From the human T2T-CHM13v2.0 reference genome, Homo sapiens: a stretch of 64,000 bases of DNA. A model generated the notes under the pieces. That model saw only the letters and a list, made by a program, of their open reading frames with translations. It was not told where the DNA came from and did not search any database. A program made the position numbers and the translations under genes. The stretch lies in the NCBI RefSeq assembly GCF_009914755.1, contig NC_060935.1, one strand, 5' to 3'. The first letter of the stretch is position 1. Each line of letters starts with the position of its first letter. Shown in pieces: positions 13,436 through 27,493 of this stretch.

Positions 13436-16239
13436 ATTGCCCATTTTTAAATTGGATTATTAGATTTTTTTCCTATGGAGTTGTTTGAACTTCTTATATA
13501 TGCTGGTTATTAATCCCTTGTCATATGGGTAGTTTGCAAATATTTTATCCCATACTGTGGGTTGTCTCTTCACTTTATTAATTGTTTCTTTTCCTGTGTA
13601 GAAGCTTTTTTAACTTGTGATCCATTTGTCCATTTTTGTTATGGTTGCCTGTACTTACGGGATATTACTCAAGAAATTTTTGCCCAGAGCAGTGTCCTAT
13701 AAAGTTTCCCCAGTGTTTTCTGTAGTTTCATAGTTTGAGGTATTAGATTTAAGTTTTCATCCATTTTGATTTGACTTTTGTATATAATAACAGATTGGGG
13801 TCTGCTTTCATTCTTCTGCATATGGATATTTAGTTTTCCTGGCCCCATTTATTGAAAAGACTGTCTTTTCCCCAGTGTATGTTCTTGGCACCTTAGTCAA
13901 AAATGAGTTCACTGTAGGCGTGTGGATTTGTTTCTGGGTTATTTATTCTGTTCCATTGGTCTATGTGTCTGTTTTTATACCAGTAACATGCTGTTTAGGT
14001 TACTATAGCTCTGTAGTATAATTTGAAGTCAGGTAGTATGATTCCTCCTGTTTTGTTCATTTTACTTAGGATAGCTTTGGCTATTCTGGGTCTTCTATGG
14101 TTCCATATAGATTTTAGGATTGTTTCTTCTGTTTCTGTGAAGAATGCCATTGATATTTTGATAGGGATTGCATTGAATCTGTAGATTGCTTTGGGTAGTA
14201 TGGACATTTGAACAATATCGATTCTTCTATGAACACGGAATATTTTTCCTCTTTTTGTGTGTCCTCTTTGATTTCTTTCAGTAGTGTGTTATAGTTTTCA
14301 TTATACAGATCTTTTACTTCTTTGGTTCTGTTAAATCCTAGGTATTTACTTTGATTTTTGGCTATTTTAAGTGGGATTACTTTTCTGTTCCTTTTTCTGA
14401 TTATTCGCTGTTGATATATAGAAATGTGACTGATTTTTTGTAGTTTATTTTGTGTCCTACAACTTAACTGAATTTGTTTATCCGTTCTACTAGGTTTTTT
14501 TTTTTGTGTGTGTGTGGCGTCTTTAGGTTTTTAATATAAGGTTATATCATCCACAAACAAGGATAATTTGACTTCTTCCTTTCCAATTTGGATACCCTTT
14601 ATTTCTTTCTCTTCTCTGATTGCTCTAGCTAAAACTTCCTAGCTATGTTGCATAATGATGGTGAAAGTGGGCATCCTTGTCATGTTTCATATCTTACAGG
14701 AAAGACTTTCAGTTTTTCCCCATTCAGTATGATACTAGTTGTGGGTCTATTATATATATGTTGAGGTATGTTCCTTCTATCCCTGCTTTTTTGAGGTCTT
14801 TTATTGTGAAGAGATGTTGAATTCTATCAAATGCTTTTTCATCATCAGTTGAGATGATAATAAGGTATTTGTCCTTCATTCTGTTGATATGATGTGTCAC
14901 ATTGATTGATTTATGTATGTTCAACCATCCTTGCATCCCGGGAATAAATCCCACCTGGTCATGATGAATGATCTTTTTAATGTATTATTGAATTTGGCTT
15001 GCTAATATTTTGTTGAGGATTTTTGCATCAATATTCATCAGAGATGCTGGCCTCTGGTTTTCTTTTTTGATGTGTCTTTATCTGGTTTTGGTATCAGAGT
15101 AATACTGACCTCATAGAATGTGTTTGGATGTATTCTCTTCTTCTCTGTTTTTTGGAATAGTTTGAGTAGGATTGGTATTAGTTCTTCTTTAAGTGCCTGG
15201 TAGAATTCAGCAGTGAAGTCATTAAGTCCCAGGATTTTCTTCACCGGGAGACTTTTTTATTATAGCTTCGATCTCATTACTTGTTATTGGTCTGTTCAGG
15301 TTTTGGATTTCTTCCTTGTTCAATTTTGGTTGGTTGTATATGCCTAGGAATTTGTCCATTTCTTCCAGATTTTCCAATTTATTGGCATACAGTTGCTCAT
15401 AGTAGCCACTCATAGTAGATATTTTGAATTTCTGTGGTACAGTTCTAATGTCTCCTTTTTCATCTCTGATTTTATTTATTTGGGTCTTCTCTCTTTTTCT
15501 TTTAGTTGCTCTGGCTACTAAGTCAGTTTTGTTCAACTTTTCAAAAAATCAACTTTTTGTTTCATTGATCTTTTGTATTGTTTTCTACATTTCAATTTCA
15601 TTTATTTCTGCTCTGATCTTTATTTTTTCTTCTACTAATTTTGGCTTGGCTTACTCTTGCTTGTCTAGTACTTTAAGATGCAACATTAGGCTGTTTATTC
15701 GACATTTTTCTACTTTTTCGTTGTAGGTGCTTATGCCTATAGACTTCCCTCTTAGTATTGCTTTTGCTGTATCCCATAGGTTTTGTTATGTTGGAATATG
15801 TTTCCATTATTATTTGTTTCAAGAAATCTTTCAACTTCCTTCTTAATTTTGTCATTGACCCACTGGTCATTCAGGAGCATACTGTTTAATTTCCATGTAT
15901 TTGTATAGTTTCCAAAATTCCTCTTGTTATTGATTTCTGTTTCTTTGTGTTCAGAAAAGATGCTTGGCATTATTTCAGTTTTTTTGAATGTTTTCAGATA
16001 TGTTTTGCGACCTATCACATGGTGTATCCTTAAGAATGATTCATGTGCTGAGGACAAGAATGGGATTAAATATCTATTAGATCCATTTGATTATAGTGCA
16101 GATTAAGTATGATGTTTCTTTGTCTTTGATTTTCTGTCTGGAAGATCTGTCCAATGCTGAAAGTGGTGTGTAGAAATCTTTAGCTATTGTTGTATTGAGG
16201 TGTATCTCTCTCTTTAGCTCTAATAATATTTGCATTATA

Positions 16240-16741
<502 letters not shown>

Positions 16742-19700
16742 TTATTTTCAGTCTATGTGTGTCTTTATGGGTGAAGCATGTTTCTAGTAGGCAGCTGATC
16801 AATGGGTTTTGTTTTTACCTCCATTCTGCCCATTTGTGTCTTTTGATTGGAGAGTTTAGTCCATTTACATTCAGTGTTATTGATAAGTAAGGACTTACCC
16901 CTGCCATTTTGTTGTTTTCTGGTTGTCTTGTGGTCATCTCTTTCTTCTTTCCTTTCTTCCTGTCTTCCTTTTAGTGAAAGTGATTTTCTCTGGGGATATG
17001 ATTTAGTTTCTTGCTTTTTATTTTTGGTGTATCTGCTGTATATTTTTTGATTTGAGGTTACCATGAGGCTTGCAAATACTATCATTATTTTAAGCTGATA
17101 ACAATTTAATGCTGTTTGCATAAGCAAACAGATAAACAAGCAAAAAGACAACTAATAAAAACTCTACACCTTAACTTGATTCCCCCACTTTTTCACTTTT
17201 TATTGTTTCTATTTTTATCTTATTGTACTGTCTGTGTCCTGGAAAGTTGTTGTAGTTACGGTTTTTGACGGGTTCATCATTTAGTTTTTCTACTTAAGAT
17301 TAAGAGTAGTTTACACACCACAGTTACAATATAATAATATTCTGTGCAGTTACTATTACCAGTGAGTTTTGCACCTTCAGATGATTACTTATTGCTCATT
17401 AACATCCTTTTCTTTCTGATTGAAGTACTCCCTTTAGCATTTCTTTCAGGACTGGCCTGGTGTTGCTAAAATCTCTCAGCTTTTGTTTGTCTGGGAAAGT
17501 GGTTATTTCTTATTCATGTATGAAGGTATTTTCACCAATGTACTACTCTTAGGGTAATAGTTTTTTTCGTTCAGCACTCTAAATATGGAATGCCACTCTC
17601 CCCTGGCCTGTAAGGTTTCCGCTGATGAAAAGTCTGCTGACAGGCATATTGGAGCTCCATTGTATTTTATATGTTTCTTTTCTGTTGCTGCTTTTAGGAT
17701 TCTTTCTTTATCATTGACCTTTGGAAGTTTGGATTAAATCTCTTAGTCTTCTTTGGGTTAAATCTGCTTGGTGTTCTATAACCTTCTTGTACCTGGATAT
17801 TGATGTCTTTCTCTAGGTTTGGGAAGTTCTCTGTTATTATCCCTTTGAGTAAACTTTCTACTTCTATCTCTTTCTCTACATCCTCTTTAAGGCCAGTAAT
17901 TCTTAGATTTGCCCCTTTGAGGCTATTTTCTAGATCTTGTAGGTGTGCTTCATTGTTTTTTATTCTTTTTCTTTTGTCTCTTGTTACTATGTATTTTCAA
18001 ATAGTCTGTCTTTAAGCTCACTAATTCTTTCTTCTGTTTGATCAGTTCTGCTATTAAAAAGACTCTGATGCATTCTTCAGTATGTCAATTGCATTTTTCA
18101 GCTCCAGAATTCCTGCTTGATTCTTTTTAATGATTTCAATCTCTTTTTTAAATTTATCTGATAAAATTCTGAATTCCTTCCCTGTGTTATCATGAATTTC
18201 TTTGAGTTTCCTCAGCACATCTATTTTGAATTTTGTCTGAAAAGTCACATATCTCTGTTTCTCCAGGATTGGTCCCTGGTGCTTTATTTAGTTTATTTGA
18301 TGAGGTCATGTTTTCCTGGATGGTCTTGATACTTGTAGATGTTTGTCTGTGTCTGGGCATTGAAGAGTGAGGTATTTATTGTAGTCTTCTCAGTCTGGGC
18401 TTGCTTCTACCCATCCTTCTTGGAAGGCTTTCCAGAGATATGAAAGGACTTGGGTGTTGTGATCTATGCTGTATCTGCTTTAGGGGGCATCCCAAGCCCA
18501 GTAACACTGTGGTTCTTGCAGACTCATAGTGGTACCACTTTGATAGTCTTGGGATGAGATCAGAAAGAATTCTCTGGGTTACCAGGCAGAGTCTTTTGTT
18601 CTCGTCTCTTACTTTCTCTCAAACAGACAGAGTCTCTCTCTCTGGTCTGAGTCACCTGGAGCTGAGGATGGAGTGACACAAGCACCCCTGTGGCCACCAC
18701 CGCTAGGACTGTGGTGGGTCAGACCTGAAGCCAGCACAGTACTTGGTTCATCCACAGCCTGCTGTAACCACTCCCTGGCTACTGCCTATGTTTGCTCAAG
18801 GACATTGGGCTCCACAATCAGCAGGTGGCAAATCCAGCCAGGCTTGTGTTATTTCATTCAGGGCAGTGAGTTCCCCCAGGCCCTGGGCATGTCCAGAGAT
18901 GCCATCTGGGAGCCAGGGACTAGAGTCAAAAGCCTTAGAAGTCTACCTGGTGTTCTAGTCCATTGCAGCTGAGCTGGCATTCAAGCCACAAAAATGCAGT
19001 CCTTCTCACTCTTCCCTCCCCTTTCCAAAGGCAGAGGAGCCTCACCCTGTGGGCTCTGACACTGCCACCACAGTCTTTCAGGGAGTACTGCCAGAACACC
19101 CCGTCAGTGTTCCCTCAAAGTCTCTTTAGTCAGCTTGTGGCAAATGTTGCTTGGCCTGGGACTTACCTTTGAGGGCAGTGGGCTCCCCTCTGACCCAGGG
19201 CAGGTCCAGAAATGCCATCCAAGAGCCAAGTCCTAGAATCGGGGGCCCCAAGAGCCCACTTGATGCTCTCTGTGGCTGAGCTGGTACCTGAGGTGCATGA
19301 TAGAGTCCTCTTTACTTTTTCCTCCACTTTTCTTGGGCAGAAGAAGTCTGTCCCTGTAGCCACCACAGCTGGTATTGTGCTGAATCTCACCTGAAGCCAG
19401 GAAGTCTCAGAGTCGCATCTAAGGCCCATGACATGCTTACCTAGGTATTGCTGCTGATTATTAAGGGCCCAAAAGGTCTTCAGTTAGCAGATGATGAATC
19501 CTCCCAGGACTAGGTCCTTCCCTTCAAGACAACACGTTTTCTTCTGGCCCAGTGTGACTAGAAATGTCATCCAGGGGCTAGGGCCTAGAAACGGGGCCTC
19601 ACAACTCTGACCAGTGCCTTATCCTGCTGTGGCTGAGCTGGTATCCAAAATGCAAGACAAAGTTCTTTCCACTCTTCTCTCTCTTCTTCTCAAGCAGAAG

Positions 19701-21321
19701 GAAGAGGTTTCTTTTGGAGCTGTAAGCTGTGCAACCTGGGGTTAGGGGAGGGGTGATGCCAGCACTCCCTTAGCCACCTTGGCTGGTGTCTCGGTAGGTC
19801 ACATGCCCTCTAGATCACTGGTTCTGGACCCAGTTCAGCACTAGGACTCACCTAGGAGTTGCAGTCCCTGTGGCCTAGACTGCCTTTCATGTTTATTTAA
19901 GGTCCATAGCACTTTAGCCTACAGTGGCGAGGCTTGTGGAAAATCAAGTTCCAACCACTGGGATTGGCAGCTTTTCTCTGGCTAGGGCTGGTTTAATGCT
20001 CTCCCTCCGTGGGCAGGCATTAGCTGAGTTTGGTCCAGTTTTGCTTCCTGCTATGTAGCAAGGGCAGCACTGAGTTCAATGCCTCGCAGTTGCTGTACTC
20101 CCCTCTCCCCAGTACATAGAATTACCCTCTGCATAGAATGCCAGTGCTGCTGTGGGATGGTGGAGGGGTGGTGTTGCTCATTCAAGATTGGTTTTCCTAT
20201 GTTTTTAGTACCTCTTTTAGTGATATGAAGTTAAGACCAGGTACTGTGAGTGCTTACCTGATTTTTGGTTCTTATGAAGGTAGTTTTTTGTGTAGATAGT
20301 TATTAAATTGGTGTCCTTATGGGGAAATGATCAGTGGAGCCTTCTATTCTGCCATCTTGCTGTGCTCCCTCTTCATTTTCTTCTTCAGTGACTGAATCTC
20401 AATGTGCCTCAGTTTCCTCACCTGTCTTGTATGTGGTAGTAATAATACATAGTTGTTGCAAGTTTAAATGAGAGTATAGTTAGCTCAGCCCCTTCCTGAT
20501 TTATTAATAATACATGTGGAGCTCATAGAAGAGTGTTTGGCATACAGTGCTTAAGAAATGATGATTGTTGTTATTATTTTCAGTTTCAATGCCTCCTCTT
20601 GCAGTGCTAGTCATCCATAATATAGGCTTAACAATATTGTGGAATGGGTGAATGTTTCCCCTCCAATACTCTTTTCAATTTTTCATTGTTTTCCTTACAT
20701 GCATATTATCATAAAAATTTAGTTTCCCCTCATTTAATTCTGAAACAAACAAAAAAACTACCTATGGATTTAAATAGGTTTTACTGTCTGATATAAGGAA
20801 ACAGATCAGCCCTTTGAGATAAATTTTTTTCTTGGTACTAAATTTCAAAATGAATTTATTGTAAGATTATTTATGGGGCAGGAGGCTAGTAGAGCGAAGA
20901 CAGCTCATTTTTCTAAAACCTACTTAACATGTTGAGATTAGAAAGAAATTTTTCCATTGAATACAGGAACTGTATCAAATTACATTGACAGTCCAGGGGG
21001 ATTAGGTCAGCTGGGAGGTAGATAAGACAGAGCTTTGTGTGTTCCCCTATATTTAGAGATTCCACTGGGATACTAAAGAGGAAGATCAGTGGTGTGTGCA
21101 AATGAGCAGGTATAATCCAGAAATTGCCATCTGAAATAACCTTTTACATCATAGGTTTATTTTTGTCTTTAGGGAGCAATGTTGTCAGTAATTTACTATA
21201 ATTGCAATAACCAGATCATTAAACCATGTCTGTAGAGAGCATGGAAAAATACATCTACTCTTTAAGTGACAATGTATCAAAGAATATACTAAGACTATTT
21301 TAATCAAATAGTATTACTATT

Positions 21322-21650
21322 GTTATTTTTCTATATATTTTTTTCAGTTTTTGAGACAGAGTCTTGCTCTGTCACCCAGGCTGGAGTACAATGGCATGAT
21401 CTTGGCTACTGCAACCTCCACCTCCCTGAGTTCAAGCCATTCTCATGCCTCAGCCTCCCAAGTACCTGGGACTACAGGCACATGCCACCATGCCTGGCTT
21501 TTCTTTTTTTTTTTTTTGTATTTTTAGTAGAAACAGGGTTTCACCATGTTGGCCAGGCTGGTCTTGAACTCTTGACCTCAGGTGATCAAGTTCCAACCAC
21601 TCAGCCTCCCAAAGTGCTGGGTTTATAGGCGTGAGCCACCATGCCTGGCC
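21322..21650 (-). mobile_element. AluS
   Basis: TSD tattactatt at 21312-21321 and 21651-21660. Confidence 0.93.
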
Positions 21651-21698
21651 TATTACTATTTTTAATACAGTTTCCTATAGATGAAGTGGGCATTTAAG

Positions 21699-21700
<2 letters not shown>

Positions 21701-21739
<39 letters not shown>
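21701..21739. repeat. (AC)n microsatellite
   Basis: Directly visible. Confidence 0.97.
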
Positions 21740-21744
<5 letters not shown>

Positions 21745-21984
21745 TTTAGCATCCCTTCAGAAAATGAGAGCCTACCAAGACATACTTAGTTGTTTTGTAG
21801 AGTTAGGTGAGCATGGTAATGATGGGGGCTGGTATACTGATTTTATTTAGATTTTTCAGATGATTCTTCAACAAAAGCTATTAAAACATGAGTCATCTTG
21901 GGATCAAAAGAAAGTTTTGTCATAGGTTAAAAAACTGGTCTTAAACAGGGAGATAGCATAGTGAGCAAATGGGCATTTTCCTCA

Positions 21985-22339
<355 letters not shown>

Positions 22340-24555
22340 TTAATATATTTTTATAAATGATGTGTTAAAGTGACTTCATAATGTAATGTCCGGTTTTTTT
22401 TTTTTGACAACTCCAAGTTGCAAAAGATAAAATTGACAGAAATGAATTTCAGGGAGATAGAAATACCTGCATGAACAGACAAAAGAGTTGTGGGTAATAG
22501 TTAATACAAAGGAATTAGTAAGAAAACAGAATCAGATTGTTTACAACGTGGCCAATGTGATTTAGGAAAGGGCTGAGAGTCCCTGTAGCCCATTGTTAGT
22601 AAGAGGCTTCAGCCTATATAGTTCTTGTTACCATCAGTAAAAGTGTTGAAACATACTGCCCTACTCATACCAAACATTGATTCAGGAGGTAGTATAAATA
22701 CCAAAAAAAAAAAAAAAAAAAAATTTAAGCAAAGCAGATACATTTTGGGATGATAAATCTATAATGAGTTATGAAAGGAAACAAGGCTTGCTTTAGGAGA
22801 AACGTTTTAAGCCTGAGACAATGGAGAAAACATCTGGTCAACTGAGCAGATGTGGAATTCCTTTCCTCACACTGCAAACACATAGAATATTGGATAAAAT
22901 GTAGCATTTTTCCGGCTGGGCGTGGTGGTTCCATATTTGCTCTTCTTTCTCCATGTGAAAACCCTGAACTGAGAAAATAACTCAGAAGCTGGTCCCAATT
23001 CATTGAATGCTGTAGGGGTCTGGCAGGGGCAACTTTGAAAGCAATCCTGTTGGGTTTTTTTTTGTTTTCTGACAAAATACCATGGACCTCTCATGATGAT
23101 AAACTCATCAGCAGAAATTGCAAAGTACTTAACTATACACACTCCTTGAAGTCAACCAGTAGAAGCAACAAAATAAACTGAAAAACCAAACAGAGAAATC
23201 TTAAAGGAACTTTAAAAATCAATGTCTAAACTATTAAAAGATAAAAAAGGATTTCCCAAGAGAGAGAAAAAAAGGAGAATTTGAAATAAAACAAAATAGA
23301 GATGCTAGAAAAAAAAATCATTGAAATGGAAAAAGTTCCATTCCTGCTACTAATTATTGGAATACTGGAAAATTTTCTTCATCATTCTGTGTCTTGGTTT
23401 CCCTATCTGTAAAATAAAGTAAAAATGCCTTCCACATAATGTTGTATTGAAAGCATTAAATTGGTAGTTCAAAAAATATTAGTCTCCAATCCATCTCCCC
23501 ATCACTATACAGGTATAGTAGCCAGATATTCTGTCTCAATTTTAAACACTATGTTCTATCTTGTCATCAAACCATAGAACCAGGTTTGGAGTTCATAAGA
23601 ATATAGTAAACATGGATATGAGGTTCTGAAGAAAGCAGGGGAAGGGGAGGGAAGATGTGCCCCAAGCTGCCTGTATTTCTGAAGCATATGGTTTAGTTAC
23701 TGCTTTGCCTTGGAAGGCCCAGGGCAGGGGGGTGCACAGGACCCAGTGTAGAATTGGGCCACGGCCTTCCCAGCCACCTTGGTTCGATCCTGGCTTATTT
23801 GCCATGTAAGTGTATGGGAAATTTCCCTGTGGAGTTGGGCAGAAAAGGCCTTACCTGGTTGTCAGGTGCAAGGCCATGGCTGAAATCTGAAGCCCCATGA
23901 ACTTAAGTGATCTAAGAGGATGCAGAAACACCCAGCTTAGTCTCCTCTGATTGCAGCACTGGAAGACCACGCATAGCAGTTTGGGAGTGTATCAACCCCC
24001 ACAGTCCTTTATAAGTCCATTGTAAGTCCTGGTTTCTGCTTAACAACAGGACACTTGGTCTCTTACACATGCCATGCACGTTCTCTCTCATTTACTTCTC
24101 TCTCATTTGCTTCCCTTTTTTATTCTCCCCTGTTCTCCTTCTGCCTCTTTCTATTGCTTCCTCCCCTTCCTCATCCAAGTCCCTCTTCTCTGCTCATTTT
24201 TTTAGGCCTTCCATCAACCCCTGTAGGCACGTTTCACCCTTGGGTGGCTCTTGGGCTAGAGACACTCCAGCATGCTCCCCCTATGCTCTGCCACAGGGTT
24301 ATCAATTCAAAAACAATCTTTAGATTCCCCTAGAAGGAATGAAGGCACTGCACCAGGTTAAGTGCATACAAAGTGCTCCAGTAACCATGGAGAAATGTGC
24401 ATCTTAAAATCCCGACCTTACACCCAAGTCTCCATAGATCTTGGCTCTGCTATATCCTGATCTTATGATTCAAAAATGAGGCTGATGTTTCCTTGGGATG
24501 TATCTTTCAGATATAAGAGAGCAGAGACAGCAGCTTAACCAAATGAATGAGCTTC

Positions 24556-25146
24556 TTTATTATTATTATTATTATTATACTTTAAGTTTTAGGGTACATG
24601 TGCACAACGTGCAGGTTTGTTACATATGTATACATGTGCCATGTTGGTGTGCTGCACCCATTAACTCATCATTTAGCATTAGGTATATCTCCTAATGCTA
24701 TCCCTCCCCCCTCCCCCAACCCCACAACCATCCCCAGTGCGTGATGTTCCCCTTCCTGTGTCCATGTGTTCTCATTGTTCAATTCCCACCTATGAGTGAG
24801 AACATGTGGTATTTGGTTTTTTGTCCTTGTGATAGTTTGCTGAGAATGATGGTTTCCAGCTTCATCCGTGTCCCTACAAAGGACATGAACTCATCATTTT
24901 TTGTGGCTGCATAGTATTCCATGGTGTATATGTGCCACAGTTTCTTAATCCAGTCTATCACTGTTGGACATTTGGGTTGGTTCCAAGTCTTTGCTATTGT
25001 GAATAGTGCCACAGTAAACATACGTGTGCATGTGTCTTTATAGCAGCATGATTTATAATCCTTTGGGTATATACCTAGTAATGGGATGGCTGGGTCAAAC
25101 GGTATTTCTAGTTCTAGATCCCTGAGGAATCTCCACACCAACTTCC
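24556..25146 (-). mobile_element. L1PA (~PA3-4) 3' fragment with ORF2 C-terminus
   Basis: (TTA)n tail; tactttaagttttagggtacatgtgcac; ORF WRFLRDLELEIPFDPAIPLLGIYPKDYK... Confidence 0.93.
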
Positions 25147-25805
25147 TCTATCCTACAAGGGATGTGGTAGCAGGTGAAGAGTACCCAGGATCATTGCTCC
25201 TTCTAAGAATGGGGGAAGGCATGGAGTGAATGAGTAGGGTCAACCGATAGATTACTCCATTAGACTTCAGCAAATATTCTTGCCTTTATACCAAGTTGCT
25301 CATCCATTGCCCTCAATACCCCTATGCATACCTACAAGAGAGTGTCTTCATTTGCCATTGCAGAGCCAGAGAGATGTGCAGTTGGACTGCCCTCAGACTA
25401 GAGGTGCAACACAATTCCTATGGCCTTGACTCCCTGGGTGGTTATTTTATATGTTTAGTGAGTAGCACCGATTTTAGGGAATCAGTTAACAAGAATTTAC
25501 TCATTTTAATTAGGTTTGTATTTTTTTATTTCCTTTTGAAAGTAACACATATTATGGGTTGATGTGGGTAGGGAGGTACAAGGAGAGAAACAAGAAGATA
25601 GAGGAAAAAATATGACTTGCATCCCCAGGAATCAAACAACCATGTTGACATGTCATATGCTTATTTCAAAAGTTTTCCTTACATACTCGAAGGCTTTTAA
25701 AAAAGTGATTATTTAATTTTATATCCTGCCCTTTCTTTTCAACATTATAGCATATATTTTCTTATCATTACGAACCCCTTTATAATTCCAAGTGCTTTTT
25801 AATGA

Positions 25806-26103
25806 TTTTGTTTTTGAGATGGGGGTGTCACTGTGTTACTCAGGTTGGAGTGCAGTTGCACAGTCTCTGCTCACTGCATCCTCTACTTCCCAGGCTCAAG
25901 CGATTCTGCCACCTTAGCCTCCTGAGTAGCTGGGACCACAGGTGTGTACCACCATGCCCAGCTAATTTTCTGAATTTTTTTTTTATAGAAATGGGGTTTC
26001 GCCATGTTGCCCAGGCTGGTCTCAAATGCCTGAGTTTAGGTGATCCACCTGCCTCGGCCTCTCAAAGTGCTGGGATTACAGGCATGAACCACCATGCCTG
26101 GCC
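25806..26103 (-). mobile_element. AluJ
   Basis: ccaggctcaagcgat; full dimer. Confidence 0.88.
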
Positions 26104-26886
26104 ATAATGGTTTTTAATGAGTTATTTCTTTGATAGATATAACATAACATTATTTACGAAACCTTTCCCTGTTTTTTAAAATGTGGGATGGTTCCACTTG
26201 CTGCTATTATAAATACTGCCGCCCCAGGGCATAAAGATCAACAAGAATGCCTTGAGATTCTAGTATGTGTCAGGCCTTGGGCTGGGTTCTGGGGGAATAT
26301 ACATGGTTTCTGGTGTCAAGAATTTACAAGTTAGTTTGGGGGATAATGACATAATCCTAAATTAATCCTAAGCACTTTCCTTTTGTCCTTTCAGATAAGA
26401 TGAAAATAATCATAAATAATATTGAATTTTTTTATAAAGAAAGCAGAACCAAGAAAGGATGTATATATTGATGGCAATTGATATATAGCACATGTCTAGA
26501 TTGACCAAGACACAAAATGAATTGTTAGTCATAGCAAATATTGGGGAGATTAAGTTCAAACAGCAACTGGTCTAATTTGAATTTTAGTTTTGCCTGATAA
26601 ATACCTAATAACTGACACCAGACTGTACATTTTCCCCCATGTAATTTAAATGCGCTGATTAGAGTTGGTTATTTTTCATAAATCCGAAAATGTGTAAACA
26701 TTCATTAGGAACATGTGCATTAAATTGCAACCAACATTGGTGGCTGATTAACTGAGTTGCAGTTCTGGCTTTATGGGCCTGTTGAGATCTACTCTCCCCT
26801 TGTTTTCTTTTTTAGAATTACTTTGAAGCTCATGCAAAAGTATTCCAAAAAAGAATTATGAAGTTCATGAAACTACAACAGATTTT

Positions 26887-27176
<290 letters not shown>

Positions 27177-27468
27177 CCAGACTACAACAGATTTTAAAAA
27201 GAACATCACGATGGTGGGTGTGAGTGTGAGTGAAGGGGTGTTACTGTAGAGCAGGGTGGGATAAACACAGGTAATAGACTAGGAAACAGCCTATCTGAAA
27301 GATGCTTTGAAACACCAGGATTTTGGTATATCAGAATGAAGTGTCCATGTGCCAGAGAACCAAGTCCTTCCAAACTCAAGCGTTTGAAGTAATAGACCAG
27401 TGGGGACTTCTCCAGAGTCTGGGCAGGATGATTCTAGTGCTGCTTCTGTGCTGTAAGCAGGGATGCAT

Positions 27469-27493
27469 CTCACCACTTGTTTTCTTCTTGCAG
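27469..27493 (+). other. ENDOD1: 3' splice acceptor of ENDOD1 terminal exon (candidate branch point CTCAC, pyrimidine tract, CAG)
   Basis: ctcaccacttgttttcttcttgcag|ATCGAT. Confidence 0.9.

Noticed and set aside
27323-27493. N-terminal 57 aa of the 457-aa ORF as the real ENDOD1 N-terminus
   Set aside because: Begins at a non-ATG codon and runs through a canonical acceptor; intronic
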